This document shows positions 56,233 through 64,000 of a DNA stretch of 64,000 bases, one piece after another. Location: IMG/VR virus record IMGVR_UViG_3300017963_000235, positions 1 to 64,000 of that record. The stretch is one strand, 5' to 3'. Source of the stretch: a virus. A program made the translations under genes and the position numbers. The notes under the pieces are model-generated. The model was not told the origin of the DNA. It was given only the letters and a program-made list of their open reading frames with translations, and did no database searches. Numbering within the stretch: position 1 is the stretch's first letter; the number at the start of each line of letters is the position of its first letter.

Positions 56233-56484
56233 CTAGGCAGGGTTAATGCGTCTGGTGAAGTCTTCACCTTCGCCGTCAGAGGTCCAGATAGTGACGAAAC
56301 CTTTTGGAGGGTTTTCCTTGAGCAGTTTTGAGTGAGCTGCTCTAGCTTCGTATCCGTCTTTGTGAGTAGAGATGACAGCCCCACTGAAGAAAGATACGGA
56401 TTCAAGATTGAGATCTCCATTTCTGTTTCTACGAAGTTTGTGGGTTTCTTTTGCGTAGGTCTCGTTGATAATTCCAAAAAGCAT
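56233..56484 (-). CDS. hypothetical protein
   Basis: SD AAAGGAG before ATG 56484. Confidence 0.6.
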   Translation of the reverse strand: MLFGIINETYAKETHKLRRNRNGDLNLESVSFFSGAVISTHKDGYEARAAHSKLLKENPPKGFVTIWTSDGEGEDFTRRINPA

Positions 56485-56566
56485 ATTGAGCTCCTTTGAT
56501 TGTTTCCGCTTTATTGCGGCGGTCCCATGGATTTGAACGTGATCGCCTCCATGGGGTGGGCTTGGG

Positions 56567-56839
56567 CTAGTCTCGGGTGTTGGGGATGGCGTCGGATTCC
56601 TTTTCCGCCTCCATTCGCTGTGAAATCTTATAGAGATCGCTTTTTCTATAGCGCGCCTCCCGTATTTTCCAACATCTCTTGCTCCGCCAAAACGCGATTT
56701 TTCTAGAAATGATTGGATGCGCATGCCTCCATAACGCGCCAATGAAAAGCGGAATAACAACCACGGGCCATGGCCAATGGATGCTGCCAGATACTCTTAA
56801 TGTAGCAAGCACGATGAAGATAATTACGGTGACTGACAT
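56567..56839 (-). CDS. small 2-TM membrane protein
   Basis: IIFIVLATLRVSGSIHWPWPVVVIPLF. Confidence 0.65.
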   Translation of the reverse strand: MSVTVIIFIVLATLRVSGSIHWPWPVVVIPLFIGALWRHAHPIISRKIAFWRSKRCWKIREARYRKSDLYKISQRMEAEKESDAIPNTRD

Positions 56840-56871
56840 ACTGTGCTCTCTTTCTACCTCTCGGCAAGGGG

Positions 56872-56945
56872 TATGAAGATTAACGCCTCACTACCTATAG
56901 TTATACTCCCCTCCGTTTTGTTGTCAAGAGAAAAAAGGAAAATAA
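56872..56945 (-). promoter_or_regulatory. early-type promoter (TTGACA-16-TATAAC) plus GTGAGGC leader hairpin
   Basis: Reverse complement reads TTTTTCTCTTGACA...TATAACTATAGGTAGTGAGGCG, matching 14648 and 22376. Confidence 0.75.
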
Positions 56946-56980
56946 TTTTAAACTGTGAAAGTTATTTATCCGAGATAGGT

Positions 56981-57328
56981 TTAAAGGAAGTTATCTATAA
57001 GGACGCGGAGAATGAGAGAGGGGGTCACCCGTTGTTTGATTTCTAACGTGTGCTTAATCTCTATAGCGAATCTCTCTAGCTTCTCTTGTGTTTTACTTTC
57101 AAATTTAAGTTTAAGAAAGTGCTTCTCTACTTTTGTCCAAAAACCCCATTCCTCAGCCTGGTCTTCAATCATCTGTTTAGTGATTGAGTCCAAATGGGCA
57201 TTGCATAAGCCCTCCATTATGGAAGTATTGGTTACCTTCGGATCATCTCCATATTTGAGATTGGCTTTTCTGATCCCAACTTTTCGTTGCTGATCGCTTG
57301 TAATATTAATTCCGTAAGAAGTAGGCAT
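56981..57328 (-). CDS. putative ribbon-helix-helix regulator
   Basis: Two short strand-helix-helix-like units ending TPSLILRVLIDNFL; divergent from the polymerase. Confidence 0.4.
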   Translation of the reverse strand: MPTSYGINITSDQQRKVGIRKANLKYGDDPKVTNTSIMEGLCNAHLDSITKQMIEDQAEEWGFWTKVEKHFLKLKFESKTQEKLERFAIEIKHTLEIKQRVTPSLILRVLIDNFL

Positions 57329-57439
57329 AATTAATCCTTTCTAAAAATCATTCCTAAGATAAATATAGGAGTAGGAAAATCAAAGTCAAGATATTTTATT
57401 TTCCAAAGAAGAAGACTCCCAAAACTTTTACACTATCTA

Positions 57440-57530
57440 TATACTCTATAAGATCTTAATAGGGGATCTTAAGATCTCTTAGTACTCAGATCCTGGTATT
57501 TAGATCTAGTAAGAGAGTACTGAAATATTG
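57440..57530. other. AT-rich RGATCY cluster, candidate replication origin or operator
   Basis: Five RGATCY in 57451-57507, 12-bp palindrome GATCTTAAGATC, two AGTACT. Confidence 0.4.
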
Positions 57531-57556
57531 ATAGAGAAAATTTTTCTTTTGCGTTT

Positions 57557-60500
57557 TTGGATTGGGGGGCTATATTGGAAAGAAGAAAGATTGACCGCAG
57601 GAAAAATTTCCCAATAACCCCTACGGTCAAACCAACTAAACATATGGATATATTTAAATCAAAGTTCGTAAATGTCAATGATAAAATACAATTGGGGTTG
57701 TTTCTTCTTGGGTGGGAATGGGTTAATGGAAGTGCAATAAGTGGCGATGAGTCCGTTTGGTTTCTGAAATCAAATAACAATTTCTGGTTGTATCAGGGTG
57801 ATGATGGGGCGTGGAGAGTGTGGTTAAGGCGAGATGAGGAACCGGAATTAAACGGCGATTATTTAAGGGAATTGCAGTGGAAATGGGGTGAATTTGGTTC
57901 GTGGTCTCTCGCTGATTGGTTAGTGGCTACTCGGACAGTTAGCGATTACAGATTAGTTAATCGGTGGGCGTATAGGATTTTAGAGGGCGTAACCGATTCG
58001 TCTTTTGGTGAGTGTGGTTATTATGTTCCTGATGTTTTGGAAGAAATAGAACGCTTTGATAGAGATGTGTTTAGGTGTAGATCTCGCCATGTTCACAAGG
58101 GAGATCTTATGGTCGCCTCTCATGACCGTATTGAAACCTCATTTTGGAACTCTGGTAAGATAACCTTTGCCACGGGTAAGGGAACAAACTTACGGAAGGC
58201 GTTTGATGTTGGTGGGGTGGGTGTTCCTGATAAAGGGGTTGTAGTTATTCGGTGCTCTAAGCGGGCTGAAAGGGTGGTTGTTTCCGAGTACTACAGGGAT
58301 AATTGGGTGGTAGAGTTTGGTGATCAGTACTGGAAAGAGTTACCTGATGATCTGCGTAGAAAGCGCGAATCTAAAGCAATACGTGAGGTTATGGATGAGC
58401 TCATACCGGGTAGAGTTGTTGTTATTGTGGACGTTCCCCGGTTTGTGAATCTAGGGTTTAAGATTCGGTCTGAGAAGACCTCTTGGGTTGATGAGTATAA
58501 ACGGGGCGGAGTGAGCTGTTCTTATCTGTGGGAGAATGTTTATAGGGCGGCTAGTCATGTGGTGCTAGGGTTTGTGTGTAGGGATGGTAAGTATCGGATG
58601 TCTCCGGGTGGTTTTCCGGTCTTGGAGAGTGACGCGGATAATGCGGATCACCTGGTAGGGGCTCGTAATATTGCTAAGCCTAATAGGCCTGCTAGGTTGA
58701 GGAAAATCAAGACGGATCAGTTAGTGGAATCTAGATTAGAAATTGCGGATGAACGCGCTATAGTGTGGCGTCCTAAAGTTAGAGAAGCGGCTTGTGAGCT
58801 TCGGAAAGAGGAACTAGAAATGAGTGATAGTGGAAAAATTATAGTGTGCGTGGAGGGGGTTGATACCCTTGATTTGGTGAAGACGGTTTGGGGTTATCTT
58901 TCAGATTTTAAGTGTTTTTACTCGGATCATACGGATACGCTGTACTATTCTGATTGGGATGAGAAGAAAGATCCTAAGCGGAATCAGGTGTCTTTGTGGC
59001 AGGTAAAGCCGTATTGTCCCAGCATAAACAACAGGAAGATCTCTGAGATGCTTTTGGAGAGGTTTCTGTGGGTTGCGTCTAGTGGAGTTGCGGTACCAGC
59101 GCCCCTTTATCTGTTGGATGAGCTTATTCATAACGCTCCTAGGTTCCCTTCTATCGCTCAGTTTGGATCGGAGGCTAAAACATATCTTGCCGTTCCTGGG
59201 GATTCCGTGAGTTTGGGGGAGGCTACAGTAGAGCAGCGGGGATTGTTCGATGATATTTCCTTAGACCAATGGGATGTAAAGTACTTACGGGAGTTTAAAC
59301 CGGAGTCAGGTAAGATCTATTACTTGGATACAGAGACTTCTGGGCCGGGTAAGGACGGGGCATTAGATCCCAACAAGAATACTATAGAGTTGGTGCAGCT
59401 GAATGATGGGGATCAGATCCGGTTGTTGTCTGCGAGGGGCGCTACTGAGGGTGAGTTGATTGATTTCTTTAAGGCTTTGTATTCGGGTAATCTGATAATC
59501 GGACATAACCTAGGGTTTGATGTGACCACTGTTTACGCGAAGACGGGGTTACTACCTGAGCGCATTTATGACACTATGTGGGCTGAGGTCATGATTGAGA
59601 ACGCCACAGAGGAGAGGCCGCATAGACGGAGCGTCTTGATCGGGAAATCTCTAAGGGATGTGGTAGCTAAGCACCTAGATATTCAGATGGATAAGGATAT
59701 GCAAGTATCTAATTGGGCGGCCCAGCAATGGTCTTATGAACAGCTCCAGTATGCGCATAGAGATGTTGAGTATCTACCTGAGTTGGTTAAGCGTCAGGTT
59801 TATTTGCTCAATAGCTGGACGGTTTCCGGTTATGACGATCCTTGGTTAGATCTCGATAATAGGGTTTTCTGGTTGGAGATGGCGGTACTTAGGGAGGCTC
59901 TTTGCAAGATGATAGTTAATGGTGTTCCGATTAACTATGATTATGTATGTGAGCAGATCACAGAATCGCATAAGAAAGAGCTGGTGGCTAATGAGGCGTT
60001 CCAGCATAGATATCCTGCTGTGACGAAGATACGAAGTAATGATCAGGTTAAGAAGGCCTTACGATTAGACGGGGCAGATGTGGAGAATACACAGGAGAAG
60101 TACCTAAAGCAGTTCTATTCAGACACTAATCACGAGGGGGTTAAGTTGCTGATAAACTGTAAGAAGGAATCTCAGGTGTATCGTAACCTGAAGAAATATA
60201 AGAGTTCGGTTTTATACCCACAATGGAAGTTGATTGGAGCCCCTGCGGGACGTATGGCGACCTCTAAGCCTACCGTTCAGAATATCCCCAGAAGGATTAA
60301 GAATAATTTCTACGATCCCACCAAGCTACTTATTAGGGCAGACTATCCCGCTATTGAGCTTAGGATCTGTGCCGCGTATAACGGGGTTCAATCTCTTATA
60401 GACGCATTCAATGGGGGCGTGGATACTCATAAGTTAACCGCCTCCAGGGTTTTAGGGGTTGATATAAGCGAGATTACAAAGGAGCAGAGGCAGCTTGCCA

Positions 60501-61045
60501 AGGGTTTGAATTACGGTCTTATCTACGGGATGGGGGCGTATAGACTGTGGGAATCTTTGCGGGATGATTACGGAGTAGATCTTACTTTGGAAGAGGCGGA
60601 ATCCCACAGGGCATCTTTCTTCACAGCCTATCCTGAGATCAAGAGGTGGCATTATGCGACCTCAGGAGAGTTACGGGATCATGGGGGGAAGATGGTTTAC
60701 ACCATGTTTGGGCGTCAGGTTTGGTACCCCGAGGAGGAGTATACCAATGCATTGAATGGGGCTATTCAGGGTACTGGTGCTGATATGCTCAAGATGGCCG
60801 TAGCATATTTGGTAAGGGAGCTCCCGGAATTGGGGGATACTCGATTAGTTTCTTTGATCCACGATGAGATTATTATAGAGTCCGAGATGAGTTATTTAGT
60901 AGGCGCTTCCAAGGCATTGAAAGATTCTATGGAGAAGGCAGCTAAGAATTTGTTACCGGATATTGAGACTCCGGTTGACGTTGAGGTGCAGATAGACGGA
61001 GAGTTTATAATGCTTGACGACTATTTAGAAGCGAAGAAAGGATAG
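57557..61045 (+). CDS. polA: family A DNA polymerase with 3'-5' exonuclease and large uncharacterised N-terminal region (start may be ATG 57644)
   Basis: Exo I LDTET, Exo II GHNLGFD, Exo III YAHRD; motif A ADYPAIELR, B RQLAKGLNYGLIYG, C IHDE. Confidence 0.95.
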   Translation: MDWGAILERRKIDRRKNFPITPTVKPTKHMDIFKSKFVNVNDKIQLGLFLLGWEWVNGSAISGDESVWFLKSNNNFWLYQGDDGAWRVWLRRDEEPELNGDYLRELQWKWGEFGSWSLADWLVATRTVSDYRLVNRWAYRILEGVTDSSFGECGYYVPDVLEEIERFDRDVFRCRSRHVHKGDLMVASHDRIETSFWNSGKITFATGKGTNLRKAFDVGGVGVPDKGVVVIRCSKRAERVVVSEYYRDNWVVEFGDQYWKELPDDLRRKRESKAIREVMDELIPGRVVVIVDVPRFVNLGFKIRSEKTSWVDEYKRGGVSCSYLWENVYRAASHVVLGFVCRDGKYRMSPGGFPVLESDADNADHLVGARNIAKPNRPARLRKIKTDQLVESRLEIADERAIVWRPKVREAACELRKEELEMSDSGKIIVCVEGVDTLDLVKTVWGYLSDFKCFYSDHTDTLYYSDWDEKKDPKRNQVSLWQVKPYCPSINNRKISEMLLERFLWVASSGVAVPAPLYLLDELIHNAPRFPSIAQFGSEAKTYLAVPGDSVSLGEATVEQRGLFDDISLDQWDVKYLREFKPESGKIYYLDTETSGPGKDGALDPNKNTIELVQLNDGDQIRLLSARGATEGELIDFFKALYSGNLIIGHNLGFDVTTVYAKTGLLPERIYDTMWAEVMIENATEERPHRRSVLIGKSLRDVVAKHLDIQMDKDMQVSNWAAQQWSYEQLQYAHRDVEYLPELVKRQVYLLNSWTVSGYDDPWLDLDNRVFWLEMAVLREALCKMIVNGVPINYDYVCEQITESHKKELVANEAFQHRYPAVTKIRSNDQVKKALRLDGADVENTQEKYLKQFYSDTNHEGVKLLINCKKESQVYRNLKKYKSSVLYPQWKLIGAPAGRMATSKPTVQNIPRRIKNNFYDPTKLLIRADYPAIELRICAAYNGVQSLIDAFNGGVDTHKLTASRVLGVDISEITKEQRQLAKGLNYGLIYGMGAYRLWESLRDDYGVDLTLEEAESHRASFFTAYPEIKRWHYATSGELRDHGGKMVYTMFGRQVWYPEEEYTNALNGAIQGTGADMLKMAVAYLVRELPELGDTRLVSLIHDEIIIESEMSYLVGASKALKDSMEKAAKNLLPDIETPVDVEVQIDGEFIMLDDYLEAKKG

Positions 61046-61050
61046 ATGTC

Positions 61051-61545
61051 ATGAGCGGAGAGAAGAAATACGAAACTCTGAAGCCGTGTCCTAAGTGCCG
61101 TAATTGCAGCGTTTTTAATGAGTCGTTGACTGATATCGTTACGTGCGGAATATGCCAATATAGCGAGTCAGTGTTTACATGGAATGACCGCCCGATAGAG
61201 GATGCACTTGAGGAGGCGTTACGCTTGGCCAACGGTGACATTGCAGAACTGACCGGCGAGCGTAATGGGCTACAGACACATGTGGATGCACTGCGGGCGA
61301 AGATTGAGGAGTTGAAGGACGAGTTGACAACGAGTAATAATCACGCAATGAGGATGGATCAGGATAACCAAGAAAAAGACGCCGAGATCGCTCGGTTGCG
61401 TGAGCAGAATGGGCAATTAAAAGGGAATCAGATTAAGGTGAAGTGTGATGCCTGTATAAAAAAGGGGATGCCATGTGAGATTAGATGGGCGGGAAGAGGG
61501 GTTACTTTCTGTAGTGCAGGCGTCCCGCGAAAGGGTGGTAAGTGA
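61051..61545 (+). CDS. Lar-like zinc-ribbon/coiled-coil protein, paralog of 4724-5218
   Basis: TLKPCPKC...WNDRPIEDAL...EKDAEIARLRE. Confidence 0.6.
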   Translation: MSGEKKYETLKPCPKCRNCSVFNESLTDIVTCGICQYSESVFTWNDRPIEDALEEALRLANGDIAELTGERNGLQTHVDALRAKIEELKDELTTSNNHAMRMDQDNQEKDAEIARLREQNGQLKGNQIKVKCDACIKKGMPCEIRWAGRGVTFCSAGVPRKGGK

Positions 61546-62102
61546 CTATGGGAATAGGGCACGGACCTAACGACGTAGGGTGCTGGAACTACGAGTGCTC
61601 CAGAAACCATTATAACAATTGTGAGATGGCTTGTGCTGATGCGGAGTTAGAACCATCTGATGATTCTACACAGGATGCAGAGAATGAAATCCCACGAAAG
61701 GAAACTTTAATGAGTGAAGAGAATAATAAACCTGAAGAGGCTGAAAAGAAATCGGATGTCATAGAGGTGAAGGAGGAAGTCTATAACCGTATGTTGGGTC
61801 AGTTAGGGCAATTGGCTTCTGTGGTTCAGTCGCAACGAATGGCCCTTGATTTTGAGCGTAGGGTAGTCAAATCCAGGGTAGTAACCTTGGAGTCTGTGGA
61901 GACTATCCTAGAGGATCTTGATGTGGGTTTATCGGGAGCACGTAAGATCATAGAGGCGGTCAATGCGTGGATGGATGCTAAGGAAAAAGAGGTTAGGAAA
62001 ATTGCGCAGGGGGAGATGAATAGATGGGTAGAGGAGCAGAAGGCCTCTATAGAGCAGCTTAGGCAAAAACAGCAGGGGTTAGAAGATGGCAATCCTACGT
62101 GA
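61542..62102 (+). CDS. coiled-coil hypothetical protein (possible second start at 61710)
   Basis: Cys-rich first 56 aa, then MSEENN coiled-coil part. Confidence 0.55.
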   Translation: MTMGIGHGPNDVGCWNYECSRNHYNNCEMACADAELEPSDDSTQDAENEIPRKETLMSEENNKPEEAEKKSDVIEVKEEVYNRMLGQLGQLASVVQSQRMALDFERRVVKSRVVTLESVETILEDLDVGLSGARKIIEAVNAWMDAKEKEVRKIAQGEMNRWVEEQKASIEQLRQKQQGLEDGNPT

Positions 62103-63129
62103 TCTCCACTCGCATTTACAACCGTTTGAGTTCACTCCGGATGATTTTTATGTAGGGAGATCTGAGATCCCCAGGGCGTTTGTGTATGCTGTCACTAAAA
62201 AGATAAAGCCTGCATATGTGCGGCTGTTAGAGGGGGGTCTTAGGTTAGTCGGGAAAAACTACAGGCTTTACGAGGCCTATAAGATTTTTACCAGTGATTT
62301 AGCTTATCAGATAAGGCGCTATCAGGACAATATGGAGAAGAGTGGGGTTAGTTCAGGGGTGGCTCATGTGATAGACCTTAATCCTCTGGATACACCAGAC
62401 TACTATGGTACAGGGGCATTACCTTATGAGGCTATATTAGAGGCCTATGTAGAGGCCTTGAAAGGTCAGGATCCAAACAAACCACAGATAAGGCTGTTCT
62501 TAGGTGTGGATCCAAGGCGTGCGAATGTTCTTGAGTTGATGGAGAAGTTTTTAACGGGTCCTGATACTCCCTTTATTGGGGTTAAGGTCTATCCAAAATT
62601 GGGGTGGAAGGTTAATGATCATCGCAGATCGTTCTGGTATAGTAAGACTCTATATCGGATCTATGCGTTCTGCGCATCTCTAGGTATTCCCATGATGTCT
62701 CATACCTCTGGTGGGGGTTTATCGGGGCCTGATGGTATGAGAACAGATGTGAATGAGTGGCATGATGTTCTTTTTGATTTCCCTAAGTTACATGTTTGTC
62801 TAGCCCATTCTGGAGGGAGTTATTCTTTTCTTAAGCAGAGGGGTATGTGGTTGGATGTGGAGCGTGTTCTTCTAGAGCATGAGTTTGCATTTAGTGGGCT
62901 GTCGTTTCATGAGCACATGGTATCTAGGAGATCCGAATATCAGCGTTCTTTCCTTAAGGTTATGGGATCCGGTGTGGCGAATAAGCTTCTATGGGGGATC
63001 GATTGGCCTTTTACAAGTATTCTGTATCCGTATTCTGCTGGTGTATCGGCGTTTAGGGCGATAGCTGGGGAGTCCAATTTAGAGATAGTGTCAGATAATA
63101 CTGATTGTTATCTAGGTATTAGCGTCTGA
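62086..63129 (+). CDS. amidohydrolase-2 family metal-dependent TIM-barrel enzyme
   Basis: DLHSH, GVKVYP, IY.FC..LGIP..SH, FPKLHVCLAHSGG, KLLWGIDWPF. Confidence 0.88.
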   Translation: MAILRDLHSHLQPFEFTPDDFYVGRSEIPRAFVYAVTKKIKPAYVRLLEGGLRLVGKNYRLYEAYKIFTSDLAYQIRRYQDNMEKSGVSSGVAHVIDLNPLDTPDYYGTGALPYEAILEAYVEALKGQDPNKPQIRLFLGVDPRRANVLELMEKFLTGPDTPFIGVKVYPKLGWKVNDHRRSFWYSKTLYRIYAFCASLGIPMMSHTSGGGLSGPDGMRTDVNEWHDVLFDFPKLHVCLAHSGGSYSFLKQRGMWLDVERVLLEHEFAFSGLSFHEHMVSRRSEYQRSFLKVMGSGVANKLLWGIDWPFTSILYPYSAGVSAFRAIAGESNLEIVSDNTDCYLGISV

Positions 63130-63256
63130 AGAAAAAAAGTTGCAAAAAGTTCTGGACTATTTCGGAGCTTTAATTACAGTAGAGTTAGGAAGTGAGACTT
63201 CCGGAAAGGTGCTGTATGTCGGTTTCACAATTCGCGACAAAGAATAGGAGAGGGGA

Positions 63257-63793
63257 ATGATAGTTCTATTAGAGGGGCCGAATGGCGTAGGGAAAACTAC
63301 AGTATCTAAGATTATCCAAGACAAGTATCCGAATTGTGGCTATCAACATTTCCCTACTGAGGGACCTCCTGACGGTGCAGATTTTAGGTGGTTTATCAGA
63401 GACTACACAAAGGTTTTTTATTCTTTGGATCCTGACCGGGTGCATATTGTCGATAGGCTGTGGCCGTCTACAGTAGCGTACCAGGAGGTTAATCTTTATA
63501 GATACCCTGTTATTGTCCCTTATATATCGTCATGCTTTTCAGGTTCGTTGAATTACTATCTCAGGCTAGATGCTACGGACCTGCGTAAAAGACAGCAAAG
63601 AGGGAATAAGGGTAGGATGGACCGGGATGCTAAAGGGGTTGTGGTGGACCCTTGTTACTCAATGGTTCAGAGGTATGATCATTTAGTCGCTTGTGATTTA
63701 GATAACTGGATTATTCTGGACGCCATTAAGGCTCCGGAGGATCTTGCTGACATTATAATAGAGGGGATTGAGAATGCTAGAAGCAAAAATTAA
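63257..63793 (+). CDS. thymidylate-kinase-like dNMP kinase
   Basis: IVLLEGPNGVGKTT P-loop, IVDRLWPS..AY, R..RG lid. Confidence 0.85.
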   Translation: MIVLLEGPNGVGKTTVSKIIQDKYPNCGYQHFPTEGPPDGADFRWFIRDYTKVFYSLDPDRVHIVDRLWPSTVAYQEVNLYRYPVIVPYISSCFSGSLNYYLRLDATDLRKRQQRGNKGRMDRDAKGVVVDPCYSMVQRYDHLVACDLDNWIILDAIKAPEDLADIIIEGIENARSKN

Positions 63794-63968
63794 GATGTGC
63801 ATTGTTAGTTTTGATTGTCCGACTAAAGGTGTGGAGACTGAGGTGTGTTTATTGGATCGTGAAGTGGAGCTCTCTGTTCGTGTGGTGAAGGGTCGTGCAA
63901 CGATGCGCGTTAGATGCCCTCTATGTGGGAAGGTCCATAAGCTACTTTTACAGGGGGTTGAGGGATGA
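63768..63968 (+). CDS. small zinc-ribbon protein
   Basis: CP...CPLCGKVH. Confidence 0.55.
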   Translation: MRMLEAKIKMCIVSFDCPTKGVETEVCLLDREVELSVRVVKGRATMRVRCPLCGKVHKLLLQGVEG

Positions 63969-64000
63969 GGTTTCATGGTAGGCAGTGGAGAGCTGTACGG

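Noticed and set aside
56196-56477. N-terminal extension of the 331-aa minus-strand ORF
   Set aside because: The SD and signal peptide indicate a start at 56195; the upstream part overlaps the separate gene 56233-56484
57557-61045. Intein or intron in the DNA polymerase
   Set aside because: Exonuclease and polymerase motifs are contiguous with normal spacing; no splice-junction or LAGLIDADG motifs
63140-63245. Short hairpins upstream of the dNMP kinase
   Set aside because: Stems of only 5-8 bp with no repeat or covariation support
1-64000. Many minus-strand and nested ORFs in the track (e.g. 14700-15422, 37233-38198, 19469-19876, 53192-53671)
   Set aside because: Shadows of well-supported genes on the opposite strand or frame, with no RBS or recognisable motifs
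1-64000. CRISPR array, integrase, transposase, reverse transcriptase/DGR or retron
   Set aside because: No regularly spaced repeats and no catalytic motifs seen; the 21-bp inverted repeat at 20110-20222 has no adjacent reverse transcriptase
1-64000. Stop-codon reassignment
   Set aside because: Conserved genes are full length in the standard code, and TAA, TAG and TGA all occur at sensible gene ends

Overview
A 64-kb segment of a large tailed bacteriophage with a contractile (myovirus-type) tail, read in the standard genetic code, with almost all genes on the + strand. (1) 1-23.3 kb: dense accessory/early region of small ORFs behind a repeated TTGACA-N16/17-TAnnnV promoter family. It includes a beta-clamp-like protein, an SMC/Rad50-like ATPase and three DNA methyltransferases. 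(2) 22.8-24.6 kb: RNA island with a one-piece tmRNA, tRNA-Pro(TGG), tRNA-Leu(TAA) and several unexplained structured RNAs. (3) 24.9-52 kb: virion module with three putative head-decoration/fibre proteins sharing an N-terminal motif, then neck, sheath, tube, a -1 frameshifted tail chaperone, tape measure, baseplate and fibres. No capsid, portal or terminase genes were recognised in the window. (4) 52-64 kb: amidase and holin-like gene, degenerate ThyX-like protein, ParB-methyltransferase, a reverse-strand lipoprotein cassette, a GATC-rich candidate origin, a family A DNA polymerase with a ~550-aa unexplained N-terminal region, an amidohydrolase and a dNMP kinase. The strongest novelty candidates are a dispersed set of small structured RNAs (one displaying an anti-Shine-Dalgarno loop, one loop motif repeated in two unrelated stems), an early promoter class that systematically lacks the -7T, and the shared N-terminal anchor on three virion proteins. 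All protein calls come from motif recognition by eye and all RNA structures were paired by hand; no searches were run.
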